A DNA stretch of 31,275 bases, taken from contig CAYFHS010000033.1 in NCBI GenBank assembly GCA_964342815.1, forward strand, positions 16,597-47,871, given 5' to 3'. Within the stretch, counting starts at the first letter, position 1. Each line of letters opens with the position of its first letter. The stretch comes from an uncultured archaeon. GTDB taxonomy: Archaea > Thermoplasmatota > Penumbrarchaeia > JASLWR01. The translations under genes and the position numbers were made by a program. The notes under the pieces are model-generated. The model worked only from the letters and a program-made list of their open reading frames with translations, did no database searches and was not told the origin of the DNA. This document shows, piece after piece, positions 17,860-26,477 of this stretch.

Positions 17860-17960
17860 ATGAAATTTGATCGGAAGAAAGAACGAACTAATAAATCTAT
17901 GAAGTCAATTAATGGTAAACTCTTAAAAGTATGATGAATGGTCACGAGGACGTCGTGAAC

Positions 17961-20879
17961 ATGTTTTACATTATCATTGGACTGGCAATAGCATTGTCGG
18001 TAAGCGTCGGGCTGCTGGCCTTGAAACACAGAGTGATCTGCAGACTTGGTCTCCGGAATATAAACCGTCGGAAAAAGACCTCCGTTCTGATTATTATGGG
18101 TCTTATGATAGGGACGGCACTGATCTCGAGCTCCATGGTGATCCAGGATACGATGTATTACACCTTCAGAAAGGTGGCATATGACCACTTAGGTGAAATA
18201 GATGAAACAATTACGAGTATGGAGTCCAACGGAACATATCGATTTTTCGACTATTCTGTTTACGAGATAGTTACCACCGAAATTAACTGGGCCGATAATG
18301 GCAATATCGACGGTATCGCACCGCAGATACAACTGGAATTACCAGTATACGACGTCAACAGAGATCTTGCTGAGCCGAATGCCTTGATCGTGGGATTCAA
18401 TGCCTCCATCGAGGAGGATTTCGGAACTGAGGAAAACTCATTTCGAACATTACGGGGGAAAAAGATTGACGGGAGCGGGCTAGGAGAAAATGAAATAATC
18501 ATGAACGAATTGTGTGCAGAAGAACTGAGTGCACAAAATAACGACAGGATCATCATATACTATGGTCGGACCGAACTAAACTTTACCATAAGAGATATTG
18601 TAGAAAACACCGGCTTAGCCAATTTCAAGGAAAAACCGATGATATTCTTGCGGCTTGAAACACTCCAGAACCTATTGGAACTTGGAAACCGGATAAATTT
18701 CATCAAGATATCGAATCGAGGCGGCGTAGAGGACGGAAATACTTATACTCAAAACGTCCGGGACGAACTTCTTACGATCCTCGATCTAAAAATCAATAGC
18801 ACTTTGGAACTGGAAGTCGAATCGGCCAAGCAGAATGCGCTGGATAACGCAAGAGAGATCAGCGAATTCATGGGAGATGTGTTCACCATAATGGGCACGT
18901 TCGTGGTGGTTGCGGGCCTGGTACTGGTAATATTGATCTTCGTAATGCTGGCGGAAGAGCGCCGGACCGAGATGGGCATCGCAAGGGCCATTGGGATGAA
19001 TAGAAATAAATTGATGTTGGCCTTCCTGTTCGAGGGTTTCATATACTCCATCGTCGCCGTCATTATCGGAGCCGTTGCGGGGCTGGCTATCAGCTATATA
19101 ATTTTATACCTTCTGGAAATGAGAACCGAAATGATATTCTATTTCGAGAACTCGAGCATACTGCTGTCCATCTGCCTGGGGCTTGTGAGCACGGTAATGA
19201 TGATAATGCTTTCTTCGTGGATGATATCGAAAATAAATATCGTAAGGGCCATAAGGAAGATACCGGAACCAATGGTCCGGGGGCAAAAACGCATTTTTTT
19301 ACCCGTCGGCCTCATGCTCATGGTGACCGGAATAATCCTCACGGTGATGGGCGTCATCCGTCACATGGACCAAGGGGTCCAGTCCGATGTGATATTGGTG
19401 TGGGGTCCGGTGGTGACCGCGCTTGGAATTACCTGTACTATTTTCATATATCTCTCGCCCCGGATGCTTTTTTCTTTCGCTGGAATCTGGATGGTCTTCT
19501 GGGCTTTGAATCCCTTTATGGTATACAAGGGCACCGGACCCGAAATGTTCATCAGTTCGGGGTTGATCCTGGTCCCGGGCGGAGTTTTACTTTTCGTTTT
19601 CAATTCGGATTTTTTTCTGCGCGGGCTGGACCGATTGTTCGGGATGGGAAAAAAAAGGAAGAATCTTCCTGCCATGAGGATAGGCATATCCTACCCAATG
19701 AAGAAGCGTTTCCGTACGGGAATGATATTGATCATTTTCACAATGGTAATATTTGCCACCTCCGTGGAAGCCATATTCACTCATCTTGAAATGGAAAGTG
19801 TCAGGAGAACTCCGGGAAAACAGGCAGGTGGTTATGATCTTTTATGTACCGTAAACCCATTGAAACCCATAACGAATCTATCGGAAAGACTGGAAATCTC
19901 AGATATAATCGATAAGGAGAATTTCAACGCATTCACCCCTATCACCGCGGTAAATACTATGGTTCACAAACAAGAAGGAAACGGAAAAACGGTGGACGCA
20001 CCCTATCGAATTCTGGGTGTTGACAATGATTTTCTTGAAAACAACCGATATACCTTCCATGCACAAGATACGCGGTATTTAAGTTCCCGGGATATATGGA
20101 AAGCGGTTAGGGAAAATGCGTCCCTCGCCGTAATAGACCGAAGCGTTGTAAAGGTTGAGTGGGATCCCTTTTTCGGGCCATTCACCGCAGGGGTGGGAGA
20201 TGTCATCTCAGTTCTGAATCCTGCCGGAAGCTACGTGAACGTGACCATAATAGGTGTACTCGACATGTTCATGGTACCCGGAAGCCTTGGGATCTATATA
20301 TCGCAGGATTTCGTCCGATCAAATTTCAAGATATTGAATGAGAATATGTACCTCGTAGATGTTGCAGAAAGTGCGGATGTCCGAGAACAATCCAGATTGC
20401 TGGAACGGGAATTCATGCCAAACGGTCTGGAAGCTAAAGTAATCATGGATGATGTGAACATGTTTCTCAATGCTGAAAAATCCATAGTAACGCTGATGCA
20501 GGGTTATATGGCCGTTGGTCTAGTGGTAGGGATCGCCGGATTGGGAATAATCACCATCCGCTCGGTGGTGGAGAGAAGAAGAGAAATTGGTATCTTGAGA
20601 TCCATTGGTTTTACCCGGAAAATGGTTATAAAATCATTTCTGATAGAGAATATATTCGTTGTGGCTGTGTCATGTTTACTGGGTATAATCATGGCCATTG
20701 GTATCGGCTACAAGGTCTATCTCAAGATGTTTCTGGGGGACGTGCCGTTTCTGTTACCGTGGCTTACTTTTCTTGTTTTTTCCATCATAGCATTATTCGG
20801 AACGACTATTACCAGTATTCCGCCGGGAAGAAAAGCCGCCAGGATACCCCCGGCCGAAGCGACGCGATACATGGAATAA
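17961..20879 (+). CDS. FtsX/MacB/LolE-type ABC transporter permease (duplicated FtsX domains)
   Basis: 'LRNINRRKK.S.LI..GL.IG', 'LAEERRTEMGIARAIGMNR..L...FL.EG', 'SVVERRREIGILRSIGF....V...FLIE'; two large extracytoplasmic domains. ATG 17961 preferred; no ATPase gene adjacent. Confidence 0.9.
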   Translation: MFYIIIGLAIALSVSVGLLALKHRVICRLGLRNINRRKKTSVLIIMGLMIGTALISSSMVIQDTMYYTFRKVAYDHLGEIDETITSMESNGTYRFFDYSVYEIVTTEINWADNGNIDGIAPQIQLELPVYDVNRDLAEPNALIVGFNASIEEDFGTEENSFRTLRGKKIDGSGLGENEIIMNELCAEELSAQNNDRIIIYYGRTELNFTIRDIVENTGLANFKEKPMIFLRLETLQNLLELGNRINFIKISNRGGVEDGNTYTQNVRDELLTILDLKINSTLELEVESAKQNALDNAREISEFMGDVFTIMGTFVVVAGLVLVILIFVMLAEERRTEMGIARAIGMNRNKLMLAFLFEGFIYSIVAVIIGAVAGLAISYIILYLLEMRTEMIFYFENSSILLSICLGLVSTVMMIMLSSWMISKINIVRAIRKIPEPMVRGQKRIFLPVGLMLMVTGIILTVMGVIRHMDQGVQSDVILVWGPVVTALGITCTIFIYLSPRMLFSFAGIWMVFWALNPFMVYKGTGPEMFISSGLILVPGGVLLFVFNSDFFLRGLDRLFGMGKKRKNLPAMRIGISYPMKKRFRTGMILIIFTMVIFATSVEAIFTHLEMESVRRTPGKQAGGYDLLCTVNPLKPITNLSERLEISDIIDKENFNAFTPITAVNTMVHKQEGNGKTVDAPYRILGVDNDFLENNRYTFHAQDTRYLSSRDIWKAVRENASLAVIDRSVVKVEWDPFFGPFTAGVGDVISVLNPAGSYVNVTIIGVLDMFMVPGSLGIYISQDFVRSNFKILNENMYLVDVAESADVREQSRLLEREFMPNGLEAKVIMDDVNMFLNAEKSIVTLMQGYMAVGLVVGIAGLGIITIRSVVERRREIGILRSIGFTRKMVIKSFLIENIFVVAVSCLLGIIMAIGIGYKVYLKMFLGDVPFLLPWLTFLVFSIIALFGTTITSIPPGRKAARIPPAEATRYME

Positions 20880-20929
20880 TGATATCTTGATAATTACGTT
20901 GGTAAATTTCATAATATCGCCGAGATGGA

Positions 20930-21172
20930 CTATTGTACAACGGGATTCAATGGCATCACCCCGTTATGTCTTACCTTTTTCGCCCCGTACTCCCGGAGTA
21001 TTCCCTCTCTGTCATCAGGTCTTATTCTCAGTACTATCCCGCAATCGGAACTGATGTGCCGGGGAGTTGGTATGCATCTAACTGAAAATCCGGCTTTCCT
21101 TGCCACCTGTTCACCTCGAATGGCGAGGCTCGTGGAATCGAAAATAATGACAAAATAGTCGGTGTCATCCAT
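20930..21172 (-). CDS. DUF3343-family small protein (putative S/Se carrier)
   Basis: 'IIFDSTSLAIRGEQ......F.VRCIPTPRHISSDCGIVLRI' matches the F.S...A......IP.PR.IS..CG pattern; directly follows the desulfurase. Confidence 0.8.
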   Translation of the reverse strand: MDDTDYFVIIFDSTSLAIRGEQVARKAGFSVRCIPTPRHISSDCGIVLRIRPDDREGILREYGAKKVRHNGVMPLNPVVQ

Positions 21173-22342
21173 CTATCCCACCAGTTCCTCCAGCGCTTCC
21201 ACCGCAAAATCGATTTCTTCCGCTCGGTTGAAATATCCAAATCCAAATCGTACCGTTCCATGGGGAAAGGTCCCAATGGTCCTGTGAGCTGCTGGTGCGC
21301 AGTGAAGGCCCACCCTGCACAATATATTAAATTGCTCCTCGAGTAAAAGACCTATCTCGGATTGAGAACTATCTCGTATGTTTATGGAGACGACGGACGT
21401 CTGCTTTTTCACGTCCTTTCCACCGTACACATCAATGCCGTGTATGTGTTTGATCCCATCTATGAACCTGGCCGTCAGATCCATTTTCTTCTGATGGATA
21501 TTATCCACCGTTCGATCAAGAATGTAACCCAGCCCTGCCGTCAAACCGGCCAGACCCAATGCGTTCATGGTACCGCTCTCGTACTTGTCCGGAAGGAAAT
21601 CCGGATGATGCTCGGACTCGGATCGGCTCCCGCTTCCACCGGATCTCGCCCGGTTGAAACTTGCGATGTCAACATTTTCACCTATGGCGAGACCCCCGGT
21701 TCCCTGCGGACCCATGAGCCCTTTATGACCGGTGAATGCCACGAGATCGATATTGTCACGCTTCATATCGATTGGGATGCTCCCGGCAGTCTGGGCACTG
21801 TCGATCAAATATTTTATATTACTGTCCCTTGCCAAGTTCCCAATTTCTCGTAGCGGGGCCAGGCTTCCCACCACGTTGGAGCCGTGATTGACCACTATCA
21901 TCTTCGTTTCCGACGTGATGGCATTCCGGACGTCATCCGGATCGAGAAAACCTTCACTGCTGCACTTAACCACTGTTACCCGAAGCCCCTGATTCTCGAG
22001 ATCACGAAGCGGTCTCATGACCGAATTGTGCTCCATGCTGCTGGTGATGACGTGATCTTTCCGGTTAAGTAAACCCCTCATTGCCAGATTGAGTCCTTCT
22101 GTTGCATTGAGACCAAAAACAACCCTCATGGGGTCCTCAAGGTTGAAAAGTCGTGCAATATTTTCCCTGGCGAAATAAACGACTCTGCCCGCTTCCACGG
22201 AAAGGCGGTGGCCCGAGCGGCCGGGATTGGCGCCTATATTCTTCATGAAATCCAACATCGCCTCCGCAACGCAATCCGGTTTCGGCCAGGATGTAGCTGC
22301 ATTGTCGAAATAGATTATTTTCGGTCTATTTGTATCGGGCAT
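21173..22342 (-). CDS. Cysteine desulfurase / selenocysteine-lyase-like PLP enzyme (aminotransferase class V)
   Basis: 'IYFDNAATSWPKP', 'NATEGLN', 'EHNSVMRP', 'DSAQTAG', 'FTGHKGLMGPQG' (PLP Lys), 'RVGLHCAP' (persulfide Cys). Confidence 0.92.
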   Translation of the reverse strand: MPDTNRPKIIYFDNAATSWPKPDCVAEAMLDFMKNIGANPGRSGHRLSVEAGRVVYFARENIARLFNLEDPMRVVFGLNATEGLNLAMRGLLNRKDHVITSSMEHNSVMRPLRDLENQGLRVTVVKCSSEGFLDPDDVRNAITSETKMIVVNHGSNVVGSLAPLREIGNLARDSNIKYLIDSAQTAGSIPIDMKRDNIDLVAFTGHKGLMGPQGTGGLAIGENVDIASFNRARSGGSGSRSESEHHPDFLPDKYESGTMNALGLAGLTAGLGYILDRTVDNIHQKKMDLTARFIDGIKHIHGIDVYGGKDVKKQTSVVSINIRDSSQSEIGLLLEEQFNILCRVGLHCAPAAHRTIGTFPHGTVRFGFGYFNRAEEIDFAVEALEELVG

Positions 22343-22377
22343 TCGGTTATCTCCGTGGTGTCCATCTAATAAATGGT

Positions 22378-22965
22378 TTAAAACCGCACCACCTTGCCGG
22401 CTCCCAGCAGGATTTCGGCAATGGTGTAGGCATTGGATATCTCCCCGACGGCAAGCCTATCTTTGAGATCGAAAAAGTCCAGACAGGTCCCGCATACAAG
22501 TATTTCAACTCCTCCGTCCCGGAGCTTTTCAAGGTCCTCCAATGATTCTGAACCATCCACAGCCAATTTTACACCGCTGTTCATGAAAATGAACACATCC
22601 GGCTTTGGTTCGACCTCCAAAATGGAATATATGAGGGACTTCGCGAGGATGCTCCCCAGCTCGTCTTCACCTCTTCCCACGGTGTTCGAAGGGAAAAATA
22701 CCACCGTGGGGCTGGCTTTTTTCCCAAGGTCGGGCCTCGATCTTTCTTCGGATCCCTCTATCTTGCTGATTTGTAGATAATGATCCTTCCCTTTTGTGCG
22801 GACATTGACCTTGTATCCCCTCTTGATTGCTCCGCGCGATATGTTCTGTATTGCGTCATCATCGTCGACTATAACGAGCAGCTCGTCTGCGTTGCGCAGC
22901 GCTCTTCCGGTACGTATCGCAGGTTCGGGGCATTTAAGTCCCCTGAGATCCAATTCTTCAGCCAT
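22378..22965 (-). CDS. yedF: YedF-type sulfurtransferase-like protein (TusA/SirA domain plus DsrE-like domain)
   Basis: 'LDLRGLKCPEP' (TusA CPxP), 'GRGEDELGSILAKS', 'FMNSGVKLA', 'CGTCLDFF', 'GEISNAYTI'. ATG 22965 has a GGAG SD. Confidence 0.85.
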   Translation of the reverse strand: MAEELDLRGLKCPEPAIRTGRALRNADELLVIVDDDDAIQNISRGAIKRGYKVNVRTKGKDHYLQISKIEGSEERSRPDLGKKASPTVVFFPSNTVGRGEDELGSILAKSLIYSILEVEPKPDVFIFMNSGVKLAVDGSESLEDLEKLRDGGVEILVCGTCLDFFDLKDRLAVGEISNAYTIAEILLGAGKVVRF

Positions 22966-22986
22966 TATAATTGCTCCGGTGCTCAA

Positions 22987-24465
22987 CTACTTGTTTGTAA
23001 GAACGAGAAAGTATTCGCCCCCGTCCCTTGGCTCTATTTTCGAGGTCCACCCTTCGCTTTCAGCCGTTTTTTCGATGTTATCCCTTGCTTCTTTCTCGTT
23101 CACCAGTATCTCGAGAACTCCCCCTTCCATTTCCCACATCTTCTCCTGGGTCTGCCATACTGGTTCAGGGCATTGCAGACCCCGTAGATCCAGTTTTTCT
23201 CTTCGGAATTTCTTTGGATTATCATCTTCATATACAGGTTGGGGCATTCCAAGCTTTTTGAAGAATTCGGGCATCCTCCTGTTCTTAATCTTTTTCGTAA
23301 TTTCCATGGAGGTCTCTTTACAAAGCGGGAATTTCCCTTCCTGATCGAAGCCTTTTTTGAACTGTGCGTGTGCGGCTCTTACAAAACACTCGTGCCGGGG
23401 AACACAGTACCTCCCGGCCATGGCCTGGTAAGCAGCTGCGAATCCTTCCTCTTTTACGTTACCGAACGATAGAGGTATCATGTCGCAGGGAGTGACCGTT
23501 CCATCATTTTCGATGAATATGTGATAGGTTCCCGCCATACAGCCCAGCATCCCCTCGCTTTCCAGGTAGGAGTATTCGCTGATCTTGGGAAAATCCTTGT
23601 CCCTGTTGAGTTTCTTATGGTATTTCCACATCTTCTTTTCCTCGTCTGTTCCGCACCATCTTGCCTCGCGGTTACCCACCAGCTTTCCGGTGGGGATGGG
23701 CGCAAGGACCCTCACTTCGTGGACCCCGATATCCTTCAAAAAGCGGTAATAAATCGGAACCTCGCCGCCGTTGATCATCTCCTTTGTGGGAACTGCTCCT
23801 GCGATGGTATAAAGGCCCGCTTCATTGGATGCCTCGATAGCTTTCACTGCGATGTCGAATGCGCCTTCGTATCCCCGCAATTTATCGTGGATCTCCGCCT
23901 TGTAATGATCGAGGCTTATGGAAGCGGCGAACAAACCCCTCTTCTTCAGCTCTCTCGCGCGCTCGAAACCCAGTTTCTCGCCATTGGTGAACAGAATGGT
24001 ATGGGATTTTGTTCCTATGGCTTCCACGATATCTTCAAGGTCGTCTCTAAGCGTGGGCTCCCCGCCGGTGAGACCAATGAAGCAGTTACCCATGTCCTGC
24101 AGCTGCCGGATAGTGCTTATAAGAAGGTCCAGTGGAAAGTCTTCACTTTCCTCACGGCCCCAGTTGCTGCAGTGCCAGCAGGAAAAATTGCACCTGTTCG
24201 TGACGCTGATGTTGCAGGAGAACGGGAAGGTTTCACCCTTCTTCATACGTGGGATGAATCTTAGAAATCGGTCGAATGCCTCGGAGCCGAACGGCGGCAT
24301 CTGGGAATTCATCACCACCTTCCCGTCGATCTCCACGAACTTCTCGTATTTCGAAGAACTGCGCAAATACATGAGAAATCGTTTATCGAGGGCCCGGATC
24401 TCCTTTTTCCTGAGCATTTTGAGCATCATCAGGTCCTTTGCCCTGCCGATAAGAAATTTCACCAA
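22987..24465 (-). CDS. Radical SAM protein with SPASM/Twitch domain fused to a C-terminal TusA-like sulfur-carrier domain
   Basis: CNFSCWHC; GGEPTLRDD; FTNG; 'GCMAG...I..DG.VTPCD' SPASM/Twitch; C-terminal 'KLDLRGLQCPEPV....GVLEILVN...ARDNI...AESEGW'. TTG start after a GGGGGA SD. Confidence 0.88.
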   Translation of the reverse strand: MVKFLIGRAKDLMMLKMLRKKEIRALDKRFLMYLRSSSKYEKFVEIDGKVVMNSQMPPFGSEAFDRFLRFIPRMKKGETFPFSCNISVTNRCNFSCWHCSNWGREESEDFPLDLLISTIRQLQDMGNCFIGLTGGEPTLRDDLEDIVEAIGTKSHTILFTNGEKLGFERARELKKRGLFAASISLDHYKAEIHDKLRGYEGAFDIAVKAIEASNEAGLYTIAGAVPTKEMINGGEVPIYYRFLKDIGVHEVRVLAPIPTGKLVGNREARWCGTDEEKKMWKYHKKLNRDKDFPKISEYSYLESEGMLGCMAGTYHIFIENDGTVTPCDMIPLSFGNVKEEGFAAAYQAMAGRYCVPRHECFVRAAHAQFKKGFDQEGKFPLCKETSMEITKKIKNRRMPEFFKKLGMPQPVYEDDNPKKFRREKLDLRGLQCPEPVWQTQEKMWEMEGGVLEILVNEKEARDNIEKTAESEGWTSKIEPRDGGEYFLVLTNK

Positions 24466-24677
24466 TATTATTCCCCCGCGGATGAACGCTTGAGTTCAGA
24501 TAAGGTAGGCGGAATAAATAATTTCCTCTCTCTTTTTCGTTCTGCCGGTTCCGTGGTTTGGTTATTTCAAATTTTCCCGTGGGGATAGGTCTCGGTAACC
24601 CGAAAAAAAAGGTTGTTATTACGACTTTATGAAATAATGCCGAACTATTTATATATTGTTTCGCTCTTATTTCACCC

Positions 24678-25529
24678 ATGTTCCTCGAAAAAATAAATAA
24701 AACGGAACTCAGGATACTTGAATTGATCCTAGGCCAGGTGCTACCGGAAAAAGAGATAGCAAAGGAGTTGAAACAATCTGCGTCCTGGATATCAGAATGC
24801 ATTCATCATTTAATCGATATAGGCTTCGTAGACCTGGAAAAAAAGGGGATCTCAAGGTTTGCCCGGATAAGCAACAACAGCGTTGGAACAAGTCTGAGGC
24901 TTTTGATGGAAGAGAATAAAATGCTAAATTATTATATGATTTTTCCAAATTCCGGGCTGATCATCTTGCCTCTTTTACTTAGGCCAGGTACAAAAATAAA
25001 CGAAATTTGTCTGAGAACCCATCTATCGAAGAGAGCAATTTATTACAAGATGAAAGAATGGAAAAGCATTGGATTGATCGATCTGAAAAAGTACCCGGAA
25101 AAAGTTATTCTATCCAATAACAAAACCTATTTATCGAAATTTCTGATCGAATACTGTAAAAATCGCAATCGAAGATTCTTGAATGAAACATATCCAAAAG
25201 GGAATATCGTATGGGAATGGAAAGATGAATTTCTTTTTTCAACAAAGGAAAAAATAGATAATGAATATTTCCTGCAAGCAGGTAGTACGAGATTAGAAGA
25301 GTTTGACATCGAACTATTGCACACTTCCCAATATTATTATTTCCGTATCGGAAAGGAATCGGTATCATTGGAAGAATCGCTGGTACAAACGATCAGGACT
25401 GACCCAATGAACCCAAGGCCAATAAGAATTACCCGGGAGGCGATCAAGGATAGGGCATTAAACTGTGATGTTTTGTTCGATTTCGCGAAAAAATATGGTG
25501 TTTATAAAATTTTAAAAACGAGGCTATGA
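24678..25529 (+). CDS. Tandem winged-helix DNA-binding protein; putative AbiEi-like antitoxin/regulator
   Basis: Two HTH-like blocks ('EKEIAKELKQSASWISECIHHLIDIGFV', 'INEICLRTHLSKRAIYYKMKEWKSIGLI'); stop is 1 nt from the downstream NTase start; TTTATATA box at ~24649. Confidence 0.7.
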   Translation: MFLEKINKTELRILELILGQVLPEKEIAKELKQSASWISECIHHLIDIGFVDLEKKGISRFARISNNSVGTSLRLLMEENKMLNYYMIFPNSGLIILPLLLRPGTKINEICLRTHLSKRAIYYKMKEWKSIGLIDLKKYPEKVILSNNKTYLSKFLIEYCKNRNRRFLNETYPKGNIVWEWKDEFLFSTKEKIDNEYFLQAGSTRLEEFDIELLHTSQYYYFRIGKESVSLEESLVQTIRTDPMNPRPIRITREAIKDRALNCDVLFDFAKKYGVYKILKTRL

Positions 25530-25530
25530 T

Positions 25531-26346
25531 ATGACCGGAAGGAAAGTGTATTCAGAGGATTACCTTAAACGTGAACTAGATAACATTTCATCATCGTTCC
25601 GAGATCAAGTAACCGGCTATCTCATTGGTGGATTGGCAATGATCTACCACGGTGTAAAGAATGCTACGAAAGATGTCGATATCGTTTTTGAAAATGAATT
25701 CGAAGCAATGACTTTCAAAGAAAACCTCCTAAGAAACGGATTCAAAACGGTCAATATAGTAACGAATGAATATGAGAAAATGAAAACGTTTTCCATCGTC
25801 GAAAAATCAGGGACATTTCGTTTTGATATATTTATTCGATGTGTTTGTGATAGCCTTATATTATCCAAAGGAATGATCAAAAGGGCAACGAAGGTTCCAT
25901 TATCCGGGAATTTCAACTTATTTGTTATTTCATTGGAGGACATTTTCCTTTTCAAGAGCATTACAAATCGAAACGATGATCTGAGAGACATGTCGATTAT
26001 TGCCAGTGTGGGTCTGGACTGGGAAATGATTGACAATGAATTACGAGGTCAGCCAGAGCAATGGAGATGGTATACAATCTTTTTTCAAAATATGTTGGCA
26101 TTGGAAGAGGAATATTCCATATTATCTCCACTAAAAAGCCGATTCGAAAAAGAGGCGGAGATTTCCGTGGCAATGGATGTGATCATATTAAAGCTGGAAA
26201 GCAAACCCCATACATATGATGAATTGATTGGTATTCTCGGGACGGATGATGAAACCTTTTTCAGGGATGTAATTAACCGTTTAAAGGAAAAGAATATCAT
26301 ATTCATGAAGAATGGTCATTATTTTCTTGTAGAATCCATCAGGTAG
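25531..26346 (+). CDS. Pol-beta-superfamily nucleotidyltransferase (AbiEii/MenT/DUF6036-like) with C-terminal wHTH; putative toxin
   Basis: 'YLIGGLAM..HG....TKDVDIV' (GG...TxDxD), 'RFDIF', 'LEDIFLFKSITNRNDDLRD' (K..R..D..D). Confidence 0.75.
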   Translation: MTGRKVYSEDYLKRELDNISSSFRDQVTGYLIGGLAMIYHGVKNATKDVDIVFENEFEAMTFKENLLRNGFKTVNIVTNEYEKMKTFSIVEKSGTFRFDIFIRCVCDSLILSKGMIKRATKVPLSGNFNLFVISLEDIFLFKSITNRNDDLRDMSIIASVGLDWEMIDNELRGQPEQWRWYTIFFQNMLALEEEYSILSPLKSRFEKEAEISVAMDVIILKLESKPHTYDELIGILGTDDETFFRDVINRLKEKNIIFMKNGHYFLVESIR

Positions 26347-26477
26347 AGATACATCCCTGCTTAGTGTCAATCCCAACAGTGATCCCGCCGGGGGCCTGAT
26401 TGTAAAGCAATATTGCTAGAAGGTCAAGGGGGCGGTACGGCAATACTCAGAAAAGCATGAAAGCGGCAATGCTTAAA

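Noticed and set aside
20930-24465. Selenoproteins in the YedF operon
   Set aside because: All redox motifs use Cys codons, and no gene ends in or spans an in-frame TGA.
23521-24493. Plus-strand ORFs of 247 and 191 aa
   Set aside because: Antisense to the radical SAM-TusA gene.
26375-26474. tRNA-like fragment (gatcccgccgggggcc), 12-bp palindrome AGCAATATTGCT (26406-17) and AAGCAT/ATGCTT hairpin as an att site
   Set aside because: No cloverleaf or TTC-loop, and no matching direct repeat found at the other island boundary; at most a bidirectional terminator region.
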